Shown: piece after piece, positions 1 to 13,819 of the stretch
Layout of the letters: each line of letters starts with the position of its first letter
Position numbering within the stretch: position 1 is the first letter of the stretch
Assembly: GCA_951406725.2 (NCBI GenBank)
Contig: OX597815.1
Coordinates: 111,848,001-111,912,000 of the forward strand
Length of the DNA stretch: 64,000 nt
Reading direction: 5' to 3'
Source: Octopus vulgaris
Taxonomy: Eukaryota
Notes under the pieces: model-generated
What the model saw: the letters and a program-made list of their open reading frames with translations, nothing else
Databases searched by the model: none
What the model was told of the DNA's origin: nothing
Position numbers and translations under genes: made by a program

Positions 1-166
1 TTGTCTTATATTCGCTGCGTACATAATCTATTTATTGTTTATGCATAATGGAAAAAAATTATATAAGACATCTAATTAACACTTACTGAATCTTCGAACT
101 CATGTGACTTATTTCCTTTCCATCGTTATCTAAGTATTACCGAGCTATTTGAAACACTATATAATA

Positions 167-572
<406 letters not shown>

Positions 573-869
573 TGATACACTATATGTATTAAAATATCTC
601 TATGTGATCACAGTTATCTTTTTTGCAAGCTAAAGGTAGTTGGAATACTTTGATGTTTGTTTTAAAAAGAGTGATTATGACTGATAAAATAATGAGAGCA
701 ATATCAACTAAGCAACTGAACACTATTATACAAAGAAATAATTAGACGTAAAAATATCATAAAAATTATTGGATAGGGAATCAAACGTGAAAATATAGTC
801 AGGTAGCTATCAAAAAGCCGTATGGAAGGTGGTCGTTCTGCTAGTTTATTGAATATATAATTACAATAC

Positions 870-941
870 AGGGTACGCCCAGGACTGAACCGGGGACTTT
901 TTGATCAGCAGTTGAATGCTCTAGCACTGAGGTATATTGTG
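870..941 (-). pseudogene. tRNA-Cys-like pseudogene or SINE head
   Basis: Minus strand reads CACAATATACCTCAGTGCTAGAGCATTCAACTGCTGATCAAAAAGTCCCCGGTTCAGTCCTGGGCGTACCCT, close to eukaryotic tRNA-Cys(GCA). The anticodon reads GCT and the acceptor stem is broken. Confidence 0.7.
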
Positions 942-946
942 CGGGT

Positions 947-949
947 ATG

Positions 950-1017
<68 letters not shown>

Positions 1018-1028
1018 GACACACACAC

Positions 1029-1059
<31 letters not shown>

Positions 1060-1090
1060 CAGAGAGATACAGAGAGAGAGAGGGAGAGTA
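947..1090. repeat. Compound (TA)n(CA)n(GA)n microsatellite
   Basis: Direct reading. Confidence 0.95.
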
Positions 1091-1224
1091 TATTTTAGAA
1101 GATGTTTAATACAATATTACTGCATTCGATGTATCCCTCATGTCAAATATTAGAAATATTATGAAGAATTATTTGGAGACTCAGCGGACAAAAATTTTGT
1201 GTGGTGGGGTTATCGGTTGCCACT

Positions 1225-1345
1225 ACATACATTTTTTTCTCTCCTTGTTTCTTTCTGTGTTCCTTTCTGTGGAAGAGGGTAGGCTCGAAACATTAAAGAC
1301 TTTTTCAATTCCCGAGCGTTATACTAATACATCTGTTTGTACATG
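1225..1345 (+). mobile_element. PLE pseudo-LTR-like repeat with degenerate hammerhead-like motif
   Basis: CCTTT-CTGTGGA-A-GAGG-gtag-GCTC-GAAAC-at-T-AAAGA; homologous to 56785-56915. Confidence 0.55.
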
Positions 1346-1529
1346 CTTACGTACCTCACAGGAAATAGCTTCGCGGAATATGCAATTTCGATCACGAGCA
1401 AAGATATATGTTATTATTAGAATTTTGGATAAAATCACGTTAATGGTTATATCGAGTGGCCAGAAATAAATAAAACCTTTTAGGTAATTCATAAACTAAA
1501 TTAATAATAATAATAATATATATATATAT

Positions 1530-1577
<48 letters not shown>

Positions 1578-1754
1578 GAGTAAATAATTTCTATAAAGGC
1601 TTTTAAAAAAAACCAATTATTTACTGGTAGAATTCGGTATGTAAATATAGCCGATTACCGGCAGGAACTACTGTAAAGTTCAGTATATATATTGTATATA
1701 AGAAAAAGGGACAGGCAACAGGTTGCTTGACCGCATACCGAAAAAATAGAAATA

Positions 1755-1912
1755 GCAGTCAAGAATGCTTATTTCTATCAAAGTTGGACTCCGGGCACGA
1801 CAAACCCTGTAATTCACATATGCAAAACAGAAGGAATAGATAACGAAAACGAAGTCTGGTGGTTATCTGTGCCTGGAGTCCAACTTTGATAGAAATAAGC
1901 ATTCTTGACTGC
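1755..1912. repeat. Inverted repeat, ~52-bp arms (1755-1806 / 1861-1912)
   Basis: GCAGTCAAGAATGCTTATTTCTATCAAAGTTGGACTCC... and its reverse complement, with few mismatches. Confidence 0.9.
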
Positions 1913-1918
1913 TTTTTC

Positions 1919-1981
<63 letters not shown>

Positions 1982-2493
1982 ATATATACATACATATATA
2001 TATATACACAATTATATTAAGGTGATTAGGAAAGAACCTTCTTCAACATGCTGAAAGAGACGCCAAAGAGGCTAAAACCCACTGTATAACTCCTACAAAA
2101 CACGGGATATTATCATTAACGGGATTTTATCGCATTTCCTGTGAGGCTATTTCGATAAAAATCATGTCGCTGAAATGAAGAATAAAAAAAATTGACTTTA
2201 TCTGGTGCATAAGCAGAGATATTTTTATATGTACGTATGCCTTTGATTCTTATGAGTATGTATATATATCTAAAGGTATATCCTTTAGAGGTATATATAT
2301 ACATACCCATATCTATGGATATGTATATATATTGTGCTGAAGATGGGAAATAAGCTATTTCTATTGCTTTAATCCCGATATTGCACACGATACACAATTT
2401 ATTGTGAAGTTTTATTCAGTATTTTTGAATGTTCTATCTTACAACCCGTGTTTTGTAGTAGTTATACAGTATCTTGTTAGCGCATGCATGTAT

Positions 2494-2533
<40 letters not shown>

Positions 2534-2861
2534 GCATGCACACACACACATATATCCATATATGACCTTACGTTGCGCTCGACGATCTGGCCGATAACTG
2601 ATGAAGAATTTGTGACCGGTGTTTGTCCCCTGATCGTCTGTGCATTCAGTGCATTAGGTGCATTTGGTATGTCTTTACGTCCGCTTTTTATTACTATACG
2701 TGCTTGACTTCTGGAAGTATAGTTATATAGATATGTACACATACATACACCTGCTTGTTTTTATACACCTGTTTTCGTCATTTGTTTTCTGTAACTTTCA
2801 AATATGTACACACACACACACACACACACAAACATACATACACACACACACACACACACAG

Positions 2862-2896
<35 letters not shown>

Positions 2897-3017
2897 AAAT
2901 TGAATAAGGGTAGAATTTGATATTAATCAATTAAAACCAGTGGCCTAGCATATTAAAATAATCCGAAGATTAAAATATTTTTGTATGTTTTGTATATGCA
3001 AACCAAATCCAGAAGCG

Positions 3018-3062
<45 letters not shown>

Positions 3063-3914
3063 GAGGGCATTATTATACATACATGCCTCACGCTAAGAGG
3101 GACATCAGTCATTTCTACCAAAACATTTTACTAATCATACCCATATATATATATATATATATATACATAAGCCTCGCTTTTGGATTTGGTTTGCAAGATT
3201 CTTTATGCGAGTTCGTGTGTAGAATCATATTTTGTTGTGTCTGGGGAAAGTCATTCTCATTTTGTGCTTTATTATTTAACACACACACCGGTAAAGTTTC
3301 GATCATTTACTCATTTATCTTTATTACAATTTTCGTTGCGTTTTGCAACCTTTTCAATACTCGTTGACTGAGTCCTTTAACCGAGCTGCATGCTTTTTGT
3401 TTGTTTACGCTCATGTGTGTGGGTCAGTGAGATTGCGTGTACACATGTATGTATTTACACATGCATGGAAGTGTATACACATTATTTGTGTGTGTGCGTA
3501 TGTATATATGTATGTATGTGCGTACATTCGTGTGTATGTATTGTGCATATTCATGTGTGTATGTGTGATTGTCTGTTCATATTACCTACGTGCCTATCCG
3601 TATGTATGTCTATCTGTTTACATTCATATCTATTCGCGTACATACATGTGCATATATATATATATACGTATACATATACTTACATGTACATAACAGTCCA
3701 CTAACTATTTTACCTGTGTGCTTGTCTGTTCATATTACATATCTATCCATCCGTCTGTATGCCTATCTGTTTACATTCATACCCATTTGCCTACAAACAT
3801 GTGCATTTACATAAAAAGTATACATATGCACACACTCATTATTACATACATCTACATAACAGTTGACTATTCTACATGTATGTAAATATTAACTGTGGGT
3901 ATGAAGGTATGATT

Positions 3915-4160
3915 ACCTACTACGTATATTTCCTATTTAGTACTGGGGATGTTTCATTTATGAGGAGGTATTTGTCAGACGGTTGGGTCCTTTCAGTGCT
4001 TGGATAAAATGCGGATGTCAAGTTTACCCAAGTTGTTGCTATGTTGGTCCTTGGTATGTTGATGGAGTATGGAGGACTTTTTGTTGTCGTCATATTGTCT
4101 CAAAGGTCCATTTATTCTTCCCCAAATAGTCCTAGATGTCTCTCCTATGTACATCATAAC
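3915..4160 (-). pseudogene. PLE GIY-YIG endonuclease fragment
   Basis: Manual translation gives [16 protein letters not shown]...[10 protein letters not shown]...IRILSKH*...PVLNRK, with stops and a frameshift. Confidence 0.75.
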
Positions 4161-4199
4161 ATAAGACACTAAAAGATAATGAATCTGCCCAGACAGAAC

Positions 4200-4355
<156 letters not shown>

Positions 4356-5209
4356 AAATATTTTTTCCGATTTTTTTCTGCTTTTAGCTTATAATTAATA
4401 TAAAGATAGCATGATTTATCGCCCCTGTATTCTATAAGTAAATACCTATAGTAATCGCTATAGAAACCACCTAATAAGTAAATAATTATTTATAGGAATG
4501 AATATTAAAGTAATTGTATATAATCTTCCATTTCTAATGTTGAAACTTGTTATATATATACATTTTATCTATTCTGGTTATAATATCATTTTTAGTAATC
4601 CTATATTTTATCTTTATACAACATAACAATGTTGTTTATATACAATCATCCATAGTATCCCATGATACTTTCCTCTCTATTGGCATCATAGGTTTTATTA
4701 GCGTCTTGCCCCTTTAACTGGTAATTAACATCTAGATTCGGGGTCTTCCCCTACCCAGCCTCCTTTATAGACAATTGTGCAAATCCTAAAATCCTGACAA
4801 TATTTATGACCATTCCCAACTATAAACTGCCAGCACACTCCTGCCATGCATTGTAAACAGACAATGTCCTCTAGCCTTAGATTTGATAGTTTATAAAAAA
4901 GGACTAATAAATTTTAAATGAACCACAATCCTTTACACGTTATGACCCTAACAAACTACATACATATCTTAGAAGTGTAGTATATTCTTGCTATATTAGT
5001 AGTAACATGGACTATTTTCCTCTTCTTGTTTTATTAAAGAATTTGAGTAAAATTATATTAATGTGTTCATCTGTTTAAAAATTCTATTTATTTATGCAGC
5101 TGAGGATAGCCCTGCATTTAAATTGATGTAATGATTACATTGTTCACTTAAATGGAGCTGCTTGAAACGGAAATTCTACAGCACCTCTTGATATACTGTT
5201 GCTAATTTT

Positions 5210-5288
<79 letters not shown>

Positions 5289-5477
5289 CTAAATAAGCAA
5301 CAGGATATCAAGAGGAGTGCTGAACATTCCTGGCTTTAAGAGGATCGTGAAATTGTAGAGTTGTTACCTTTAAAGAAAAGGTAGGAAAACACTTTAGAAG
5401 ATATGCAAACAACCATGATGGTATACAGTGTATCTTTCTCGTCTTTGCAGATTTCACCAGTAATCGCAGCTACTACG

Positions 5478-5700
5478 GTGGATTTTGATAAACTCGGAGC
5501 ATGGGTGGTCATGAAATTCCTCTTGTTGCAAAGCAAAGGAGCGGCAGAAATCCAAGGTGTGATGAAGGGAGTGTTGAAGAATGGCTGTACATCATATACC
5601 ACAGGGAAAATCTGTATGTAAGGTTTCGGACTGCTCATTTCTCGAGGACCGCCGGATTTCAGTTAAAGTCATAACTGAGACTTTGGAAATTTTGAAATTT
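5478..5700 (+). mobile_element. Mariner transposase N-terminal fragment
   Basis: DKLGAWVVMKFLLLQSKGAAEI and EDRRISVKVITETLEI (mariner HTH-like), across a frameshift. Confidence 0.65.
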
Positions 5701-5831
5701 TCAGTTTTTCTCTACCAAAGTCTCTCACAAAGCTTTAGTCGGCTCGACTCTGTAGTAGAAGTGGCTGGGGAGCAACTTTCTTACCCCACAGCAACGCTTG
5801 CACATATATACATATTACATACACACACCCA

Positions 5832-5917
<86 letters not shown>

Positions 5918-6149
5918 CGTACATATATACATACATACACGAGAAGACAGGCAGACAGACAGATAGATAGATTTAATTCAAACATTTATTTGCGCTTCTA
6001 TGAATTATCTCCCATATCAACATGATAATGATTTATACCCGCTTGAATAGCTAAAGTTTTCTTAGACTTCGATTATCAAATTTCGTATGCATTATCATAT
6101 TAACCACCAAACTAAAACGAAAAACAACTCAAATATGGAGGTTCCAATG

Positions 6150-7935
6150 GAATCATCAAATTTAGAGGAGAGAAAAAGTTTGGTGTGAAAACAAGGACGT
6201 GCAGATTTTACTTGCAATGCAAATGTTGGCATGGGGATAACGGTACAAACTGCCCGTTAGTTCACCTGAACCAGCCAAAATTGCAGGGCCCTTAAGGAGA
6301 AATACTTCCCTAGGGAAGGGCACCAATCATGTCCAAAGATAAAGTATACATATATTATGCAGTTATTATGCACAAGGCAGAAGCTGAGTAAGGGTTTTTT
6401 TTCTGCATGGCGCAAAAGACTGTGCAGCATCTGACCTGGCTACATCAAACGCAAACACGGAAACGTGACCAATACTGTGCAAGAGCATCACAATCAACAG
6501 ACTCGGGATGGCTTCCCTAAAGCCTGCACAGAAGTCACGCCAATATTATTTCTAAATATTGGATTCCTCTTGCATCAAAACAACAAAAGCAAAATCTTTT
6601 TTCTGAGAGACCTTGCTCAATGCAATCAAGCTCTATAAGCCCTATACGCCGTGAAACTTCATCTGAGGCCCGATATAGAGAAGTAGACGTTGCAAAATAT
6701 ACAATACTAGGAACAGGCAGAAGGGAAAGGACCCATAATGGAGTTGCTGTGTACATCCGCGGGGACCTCACACTCCAGGTCCTACTGTCATACTCAACTT
6801 CAGTGACACGCTAGTTTTATACATAAGACAACACAATATAGTCACATGCAATACATATCACCCAATGGATGTTCCAAGTTTGAGATTATCTCACAAGGAT
6901 GAAAGAAATTTTCATGAAATTGGAATATCACGTGAACGTGTTTCTTATGGGCGATTTCAACTTCCCCAATGCCAAATGGCCCAAAGGCCTCATGATCTCA
7001 GGAATGATTCATTGATGTAGATTGAAAAAAGCCTACAACGATCTAATGTTAAGGAGAAAGCAGATAAAGAAGCCTGGGTTACAGAAAATATCAAGTCAAA
7101 CCCAAAGGCCTTTTATCATGATGCCAAAAAAACGGCCTCAGTTCACTGAAAAAATAAAACTCCTCTTCCAAAAGGATGGCTCCCTCACAGATAACGCAAC
7201 CGGGATCAGTGAGGTACTGAATGACCAGTCCAAAAGTGTTTTTAACAACACGTTGAAACACAGACAAGTGAACGGAACAGTGGATTTCTTTGCTGCCTCA
7301 TCTATAACCAGCGATGTAATTCCGATGTATTACATCGACATTGTTGAATAAGGCATAGTACTAGCCATAGATTAGGTGGAAGCAAACTCAAATACTGACC
7401 CTGGTGGTTTCCCTCCAATTCTCCTAACATTGTGTAAGCGTGTCCTGGCGAAACCTCTACAGATTCTCTTCCAGAGCATTGTTGCAAATGGCAGACTGCC
7501 AAGCAAATTGAAGGAGAGAATAATATGCCCAAACCATAAAGGAGGAAGCAGAGCAGATTTCTAAAATTATAGGCCTACCTCTCTGACTTCACACATCAGC
7601 AAAATCATGGAACGGATAGTCAGAGAGAAACAAATCGCATTCATTGAAAAAGCAACACGACATGCTCAGTGATAGCCACCATGCTTTTCGACCAGGTGAA
7701 AGCTCTCCTGACCCAGCTCCTACAGCACTATGACTGTGTGTTGAGAGAATTAGTTACGCAGCAGCTGAAATGTGGACGGAATATAACTTGATTTTCCATG
7801 AGTCAAGGTATATTTTGATAAAATGGATCATGGTATGATATGTCAGAAACGGCGTGTTGTCGGCATAGCTAGTGGTTAAATAGCTTTCTGAAAGATAGAA
7901 GTAAAGCAGTAGTGGCACGTTGAGCCACCTCAAAT
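6150..7935 (+). mobile_element. Degraded non-LTR retrotransposon (CR1/L2/Jockey group): CCCH finger, APE and RT start
   Basis: CRFYLQCKCWHGDNGTNCPLVH at 6200-6265; APE motifs THNGVAVYIR and LMGDFNFP; RT motif NYRPTSLTSHISKIMERIVR. Many stops. Confidence 0.85.
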
Positions 7936-7942
7936 AAGACAT

Positions 7943-8560
7943 AAATTTTACTGTTTGATTATGGCAGGAAGCTTCTATAACATCGCTTCTGAAATCGGGA
8001 CACTGAAATCGGAGGGGGATACGGTGCCGTACCTTCAAGAAGAGTGTGTTATACAAAAACGAAACAATGTAAAAGGAAGTGGCATGTTATGTGTACAAAG
8101 AGATGTGGTGGGAACATGTACTGGCGATGCTCGCACCGAGAATGCATGGAGTCTGTGTCGATAAAGAAAGATATAGTTTGAAGGTGGTTCCCTTCCCTTA
8201 GGAACAGTGTTCTTCCGTTACTCATGGGTTAAGGAATTGTCTTCAGTCCGGTTTTGTATTGAAAACCTGGGGATGTAGCACAGCTTTTGACTATAACAAC
8301 TATGTTAGAGAAATATGTGCGGAGGACTTGCTCCGTTACCCAATTAAAGTTGATGGTCCTGGGTAGATTTTTCAGATAGATAAAACAGTCTTCCCCAGAT
8401 GTAAGTACAAGCGAAGAAGGATCACACACATTCCTGAAATGGATGGTTAAAATTTTGAGCGTATAACGGTGACTACATGTATGGATTTGTTAACTCGAAA
8501 GATGGTACATGCACACAACAAGTGGAGTGTACGTGAGCCTGTATTGTGATTTGTTTGAGT
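7943..8560 (+). mobile_element. Merlin (IS1595/ISXO2-like) transposase remnant, internally deleted
   Basis: Inverted homolog of 14900-15636. Carries IKVDGPG*IFQID...RCKYKRRR and FVNSKDGTCTQQVE, and lacks the central block. Confidence 0.75.
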
Positions 8561-9100
8561 AAGTGACTGAATGAATTTCTAACTTTCCTTTTTATTATAA
8601 AAATATTTTGTAATGCGTTGCTTATTGCATGCTTAAATGTTTGTTTTTTAAGCATATTTTGTTCACTCTTTTATTTTCGTATATAACATATAAACACATG
8701 TATCATTTAGAACATTGTCATTTTATAAGATTTTACTGGCAAATTTTAAAATTACCATAAACATTTATTTGCATGAAAGAAAATTACGGAGAACTTGCAT
8801 CTAATGTTTCTGCTAACATTGTATTGCAACCTTTTGTCTGGAAAATTGCAATGTGTTTATTGCATTATATGTTACTGCATTTGCATTAAATACATATTGA
8901 ATGCTTAAAACTACATATTTACTCGTTTCTTTTTGTCATTGATATATTTGTGAGGTGTGCTATAAATAACAGCTAAATAACGTTCGTCTATCGCATTAAA
9001 TGCATATTGAATCCGTCAAACTAAAAAACACGCGTTGTTTACAAATATTAAGAACACGTGTTATTTTCAAGATGCTAACGACAAAATGTACAACCACGCA

Positions 9101-9112
9101 CAAAATGGCGGC
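9101..9112 (+). promoter_or_regulatory. YY1-type motif CAAAATGGCGGC (also a strong-context ATG)
   Basis: Matches the AAAATGGCGGC consensus and lies in the near-invariant core; mirrored at 14282-14293. Confidence 0.4.
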
Positions 9113-10021
9113 TTCCAAATCCTGTTTCTTGACTGGGTGGAAATGATCAAAATTTAAACATCTATAACTTTCTAGAAAATATTTTTCTGGAAAAAGTGAA
9201 ATAAATCCAGCAATTCAGCATGGAAAAGTATATTATTATACCAAATTTTAAAATTTACGATGTAATCTTTGAAATGCTGGCAGCCAAACCGACTAGATTC
9301 CAGTTTTTCTTGTATCCAAATTAATGAAGGTTTTTGTGTTATTTTTCATTTATTACGTTAAAAACATATTTGTAATGTTTCTTTGAATCCATTGAATTTA
9401 GAGTTGATTGTAATGGCGAAGCATTTTTGCGTTTCTTCCAATTGTGCTATGAGTCATTAAAGGTAAAATAGGTCAAGGTTTACTGCTGTACTGTTGAGAT
9501 CTTTCACTTTTGTGATTCATTCATTATTTTCATTTTGACTTCCAGGGAAATCAACATATTGTTTTCATTATTTTTGCACTTGAAACTATGATTCATAATC
9601 TCCTTTAGCTTATGGTTTATCTCAATATCACAAGAGTTATGTGAAAGAACATTTTTTTAAAAAATGATCAGAAAATACAAATATGACGAAATAGTAATTT
9701 TACATGTCGTGCGAAAATTAGTATAAAAACAAAAAGAATAAAATGTTCAACCAAAGCCGAAAACTTATTATTGTGAAACCGTAGAAGCTACATAGATTCC
9801 GAGACAGACCGATAACACATAGACAGGCTGACAGACACACGCACGCTCTTACTCCTTCATACACGTTCACATTCACACATACACATATAAACAAAAAAAG
9901 CATATATGTTTGAGTGTGTGTGTGTTTGTGTGTGTGTTGGTGTGTGTTTATGTGTATGTGTATGTATGTTCTGCATAAAAATAGTTGTATGTCGATCTAT
10001 ATATCTCTCTATCTATATCTT

Positions 10022-10089
<68 letters not shown>

Positions 10090-10757
10090 CCTGCCTGTCT
10101 GTCTGTCTTTCTGTATGTCCCTAGGTGTGTGTATGTTTGAGTGTGTGTTTATATGTGTTAGAGAGTGTGTGTCTATTTGTGTATGTATAAGTATATACAG
10201 TATGTGTGAGTACTAAATTTTCATGTTTGTGACCATATTGGTAAATAGGTATGCTAACAGGTGTCTTTGTCTTTCACAGGGCTTTAGAGAACCATTTCAT
10301 ACAAAAATAACCACACCAAAAAATTCCATTTCTTTGTTCTTGATATACATAATTCCCTTCCCCCTCCTTTTTCCTCTGTGTGTATATACATATGCACGCT
10401 CATTTATCTGTGTTTATGTTCCTTTGCGTATATGTATGTCTAAGATACTATGTATTTGTGCGTGTGCACGTATTTATGCGTGTATATGTATCTGGGTGTA
10501 CGTTTCTGTCTACGTATATGTTTATTTATGGTTATATTTACATGTGTGTCTGTAGGTGTGTTTTAGTGTTTGTATGTGTGTTTGCTGTTACACATTCCCT
10601 ATCTAAATAGTGAATAACAAATTCCAAATATCAGTATACGCGAAAAATTCCTTTTATAAACTTTTATAAACATTTAATTAGTAAAGTGGAAAAATATAAT
10701 CAGAAAGCCCATTTCTATTCCTTTTTTGAAATATGTAAAACAATACCAAGGATTTTC

Positions 10758-10858
<101 letters not shown>

Positions 10859-11357
10859 AATATATATATACATATATATATATACAAACACGCACACACA
10901 CTCATACGCACATATAAATGAAACGAAGGAAAGAATCATTTCCTTCAAAAGGATGGAACACATTAAATTTTCACTGGTATTTCATTTGAATATCACAAAT
11001 AAAAGGTTATAATTGCAATATACAAATATTAAAGGAAATAGAGAAACACAATTGACATATTAAACATTTATTTACATTATGATGTTATAAACTATAAAAA
11101 TATTTATGATATAATATAATATAATATGACAAATAAATAAAAGGAATAAAAATACAATTTGTTTCGACTGATATGCACAAGTGAATTTATAAAAACATTC
11201 ACACTTATGCATACAAGTCTTCTTAGGGTGATATTCGTCCAAGAAATAGATGAAAATTTCATGCAAGGACTACTAAATTGTAAAATAGACGGATTTAAAA
11301 TATATCCACGTTTACAAGCGTGAGCGTTAATAATTCAAAATATGAAAAACACAATAT

Positions 11358-12870
11358 TTCTTGCCAATTGCAGGCTGCCAAGCAAACTGAAGGAGGGAAT
11401 AATATGTCCAATCCATAAAGGAGGAAGCAGAACAGATGCCAAAAATTATAGGCCTATCTTTCTGTCTTCACACATCAGAAAATTCATGGAAAAGATAGTG
11501 AGAGGGAAAGTAATCGCATTCCTTAAAAAAATGACTTGCTGAGTGATACCTAGCATGGCTTTCGGGCACGAAGAAGCCGCTTTTGCAGCACTATGACTGG
11601 GTGTTGATGCAGTTACTGAACAAGTCAAATGTAGACTTAATATACCTTGATTTTGCAAAAGATTTTGATAAAGTGGATAGCATATGATATGCCACAAACT
11701 GCGTGATCCCGGCATAGCTGGAAAACTTGGAGAGTGGTTGCATGACTTCCTGGTGATAGAAGTCAGGCAATAGTGGCCAATGGACCCACCTCAATGAAAA
11801 CAGAAATACTGAGCGGTGTTCCGCAGGGCACTGTCTTGGGACCACTGATTTTCATAGTGGCCCTCTCATAAATCCCCTCAGCTGCCCGGATAGCCACCCT
11901 TGCTAGCTAAATAGATGATATATATGTCTTGCAGAAAATACAGAACCCCAGCGATGTTGCACACCTGCAGCAGCATTTGGACTCAATTTCTAGATGGGCT
12001 GAGGAAAATAACATGCAGTTTAATGCTGAAAAGCTCCAAGCCCTGCGCTACCAGCGTCCAAAACTGAATATAAAACTTACAGGGTACACTGGTCCACAGG
12101 GGAATATAATCCCAGAACCTAAATCAGTGAGAGACCTGGATATCGACATGAGTCATGGTATCTCTTCCCAAGTACACATTACCAGGATGGCGACAAAGTG
12201 CAGAGGACTGGCTGGATCGATTCTGTGAAGTTTCAGAACCAGAGAAAAGAAAACCCTGACTGACCTCTGGAAGGTATTCCTCCTCAGCTGCTTGGATTAC
12301 TGCTCCCATCTATGGTCACCCAACAGCGTACAATAAACAGCGGACTTTAAAGCAATCCAGCGAAATTTCATAAAGAACACCCTCTTATTGCAACAGCTCA
12401 CCTAGTGGGAAAGGCTGAAACGGCTAAGACTCTACTCCCGGGAGAGAAGACGGGAAAAGTATGCAGTAATATATATCTGGAAGATCCTGGAAGGAATTGT
12501 GCCAAATTTTGGAAACTACACCAATGTCGACAATGCACTATGTCAAAGATCTTAGACATGCCATCGCGCTTCGGGAACAGTGACTGCAACAGCCTGGGTT
12601 TCAGGGGCCCACAGACTATTGATATTCTCCCAAAGAGCCTGTGGTACCTACGCAAAGTGTATGTAGCTGTTTTCAAATGAAAACTGAATCTCTTCCTGTC
12701 GAGAGTCCCAGATAAATTTACATCCTGGCAACAGGGGAAAATGAAGGTAGCGACATCAAACACCCTTATTCACCACATGCCACATGTTGGAGGGGGCTCT
12801 CAATAATAATAGTGTAGTTAAACGGCAGTGCTCTAGCATGATCACAGCTTTGACCTGAAACAGATAAAAT

Positions 12871-12872
<2 letters not shown>
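11358..12872 (+). mobile_element. 5'-truncated LINE of the 6150-7935 family: RT and 3' tail
   Basis: KNYRPIFLSSHI, YLDFAKDFDKVD, SGVPQGTVLGPLIF, decayed YxDD, WAEENNMQFN. Ends ...GGCAGTGCTCTAGCATGATCACAGC...CTGAAACAGATAAAATAAC. Confidence 0.9.
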
Positions 12873-12927
<55 letters not shown>

Positions 12928-13819
12928 TATTATATAGAATTATATATCTTTTGGAATAAATATGCTTATATTAATATTTCTTGTACACTATATTTTGCTT
13001 ATATAATCATATGTTCTTTCGAACTCGTATACACATATATTTATAGAATAAAAAATATATTAGATTACATTAATCTATATCGTAGAATAAAGTACGTTTT
13101 AAAAACATATATATTTCATACTCCACCATAAATTAACATATTATATAAATATGGATATTATATAATAAAATGGCCAGTGATTATTTTTAATTGTAATATA
13201 CTTAGGTTGATACGATTGGAAATCCGTAAGAATATTTAATGACTATTGTAAATTTTCTTTATTTAAATATTTTATCCATTTGAAATTTGTTGTTTTTATG
13301 TCCATTTTATTATTTTCTTTTTCGATAGATAGATACATGGATACATAGGTAGATAGACAGATAGATAGATTGATAGATAGATAGATAGAGAGATACATAT
13401 ACACACATATTTATGCAGAACATACACACATACACGCACACCAATACACACATATATGCATACACAAATACCCGCGCACACACACACACACATGTTTTTT
13501 GCGTTTATATGTGTATGAGTGAGTGTGAATGTGTATGAAGGAATAAGTGCGTGCGTGTGTCTGTCGTCGTGTTGTCGGTCTGTTTCGGAATCTATGTAGC
13601 TTCTATGGGTTCACAATAACAGGTTTTCGGCTTTGGTTGGACATTTTATTCTTTTTGGTTTTATACTACCTTTCACACAACATATAAAATTACTATTGGG
13701 CCGTTTTTGTCTTTTCTGTCCATTAAAAAAAAATCTTTCACTTAACTTTTGTGATATTGAGATAAAAATGAGTTAAAGAAGCACTTTGATACATATTGAA
13801 TGAATCATAGTTTCAAGTG

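Larger units (their letters stand above)
7943..10050 (+). repeat. Left arm of ~2.2-kb inverted duplication (partner ~13325-15636)
   Basis: Colinear reverse-complement match from the Merlin remnant through the non-coding core to the (TCTA)n tract. Confidence 0.92.

Noticed and set aside
2590-2660. CTGATGA hammerhead-like core
   Set aside because: No suitably placed GAAA or closing stems.
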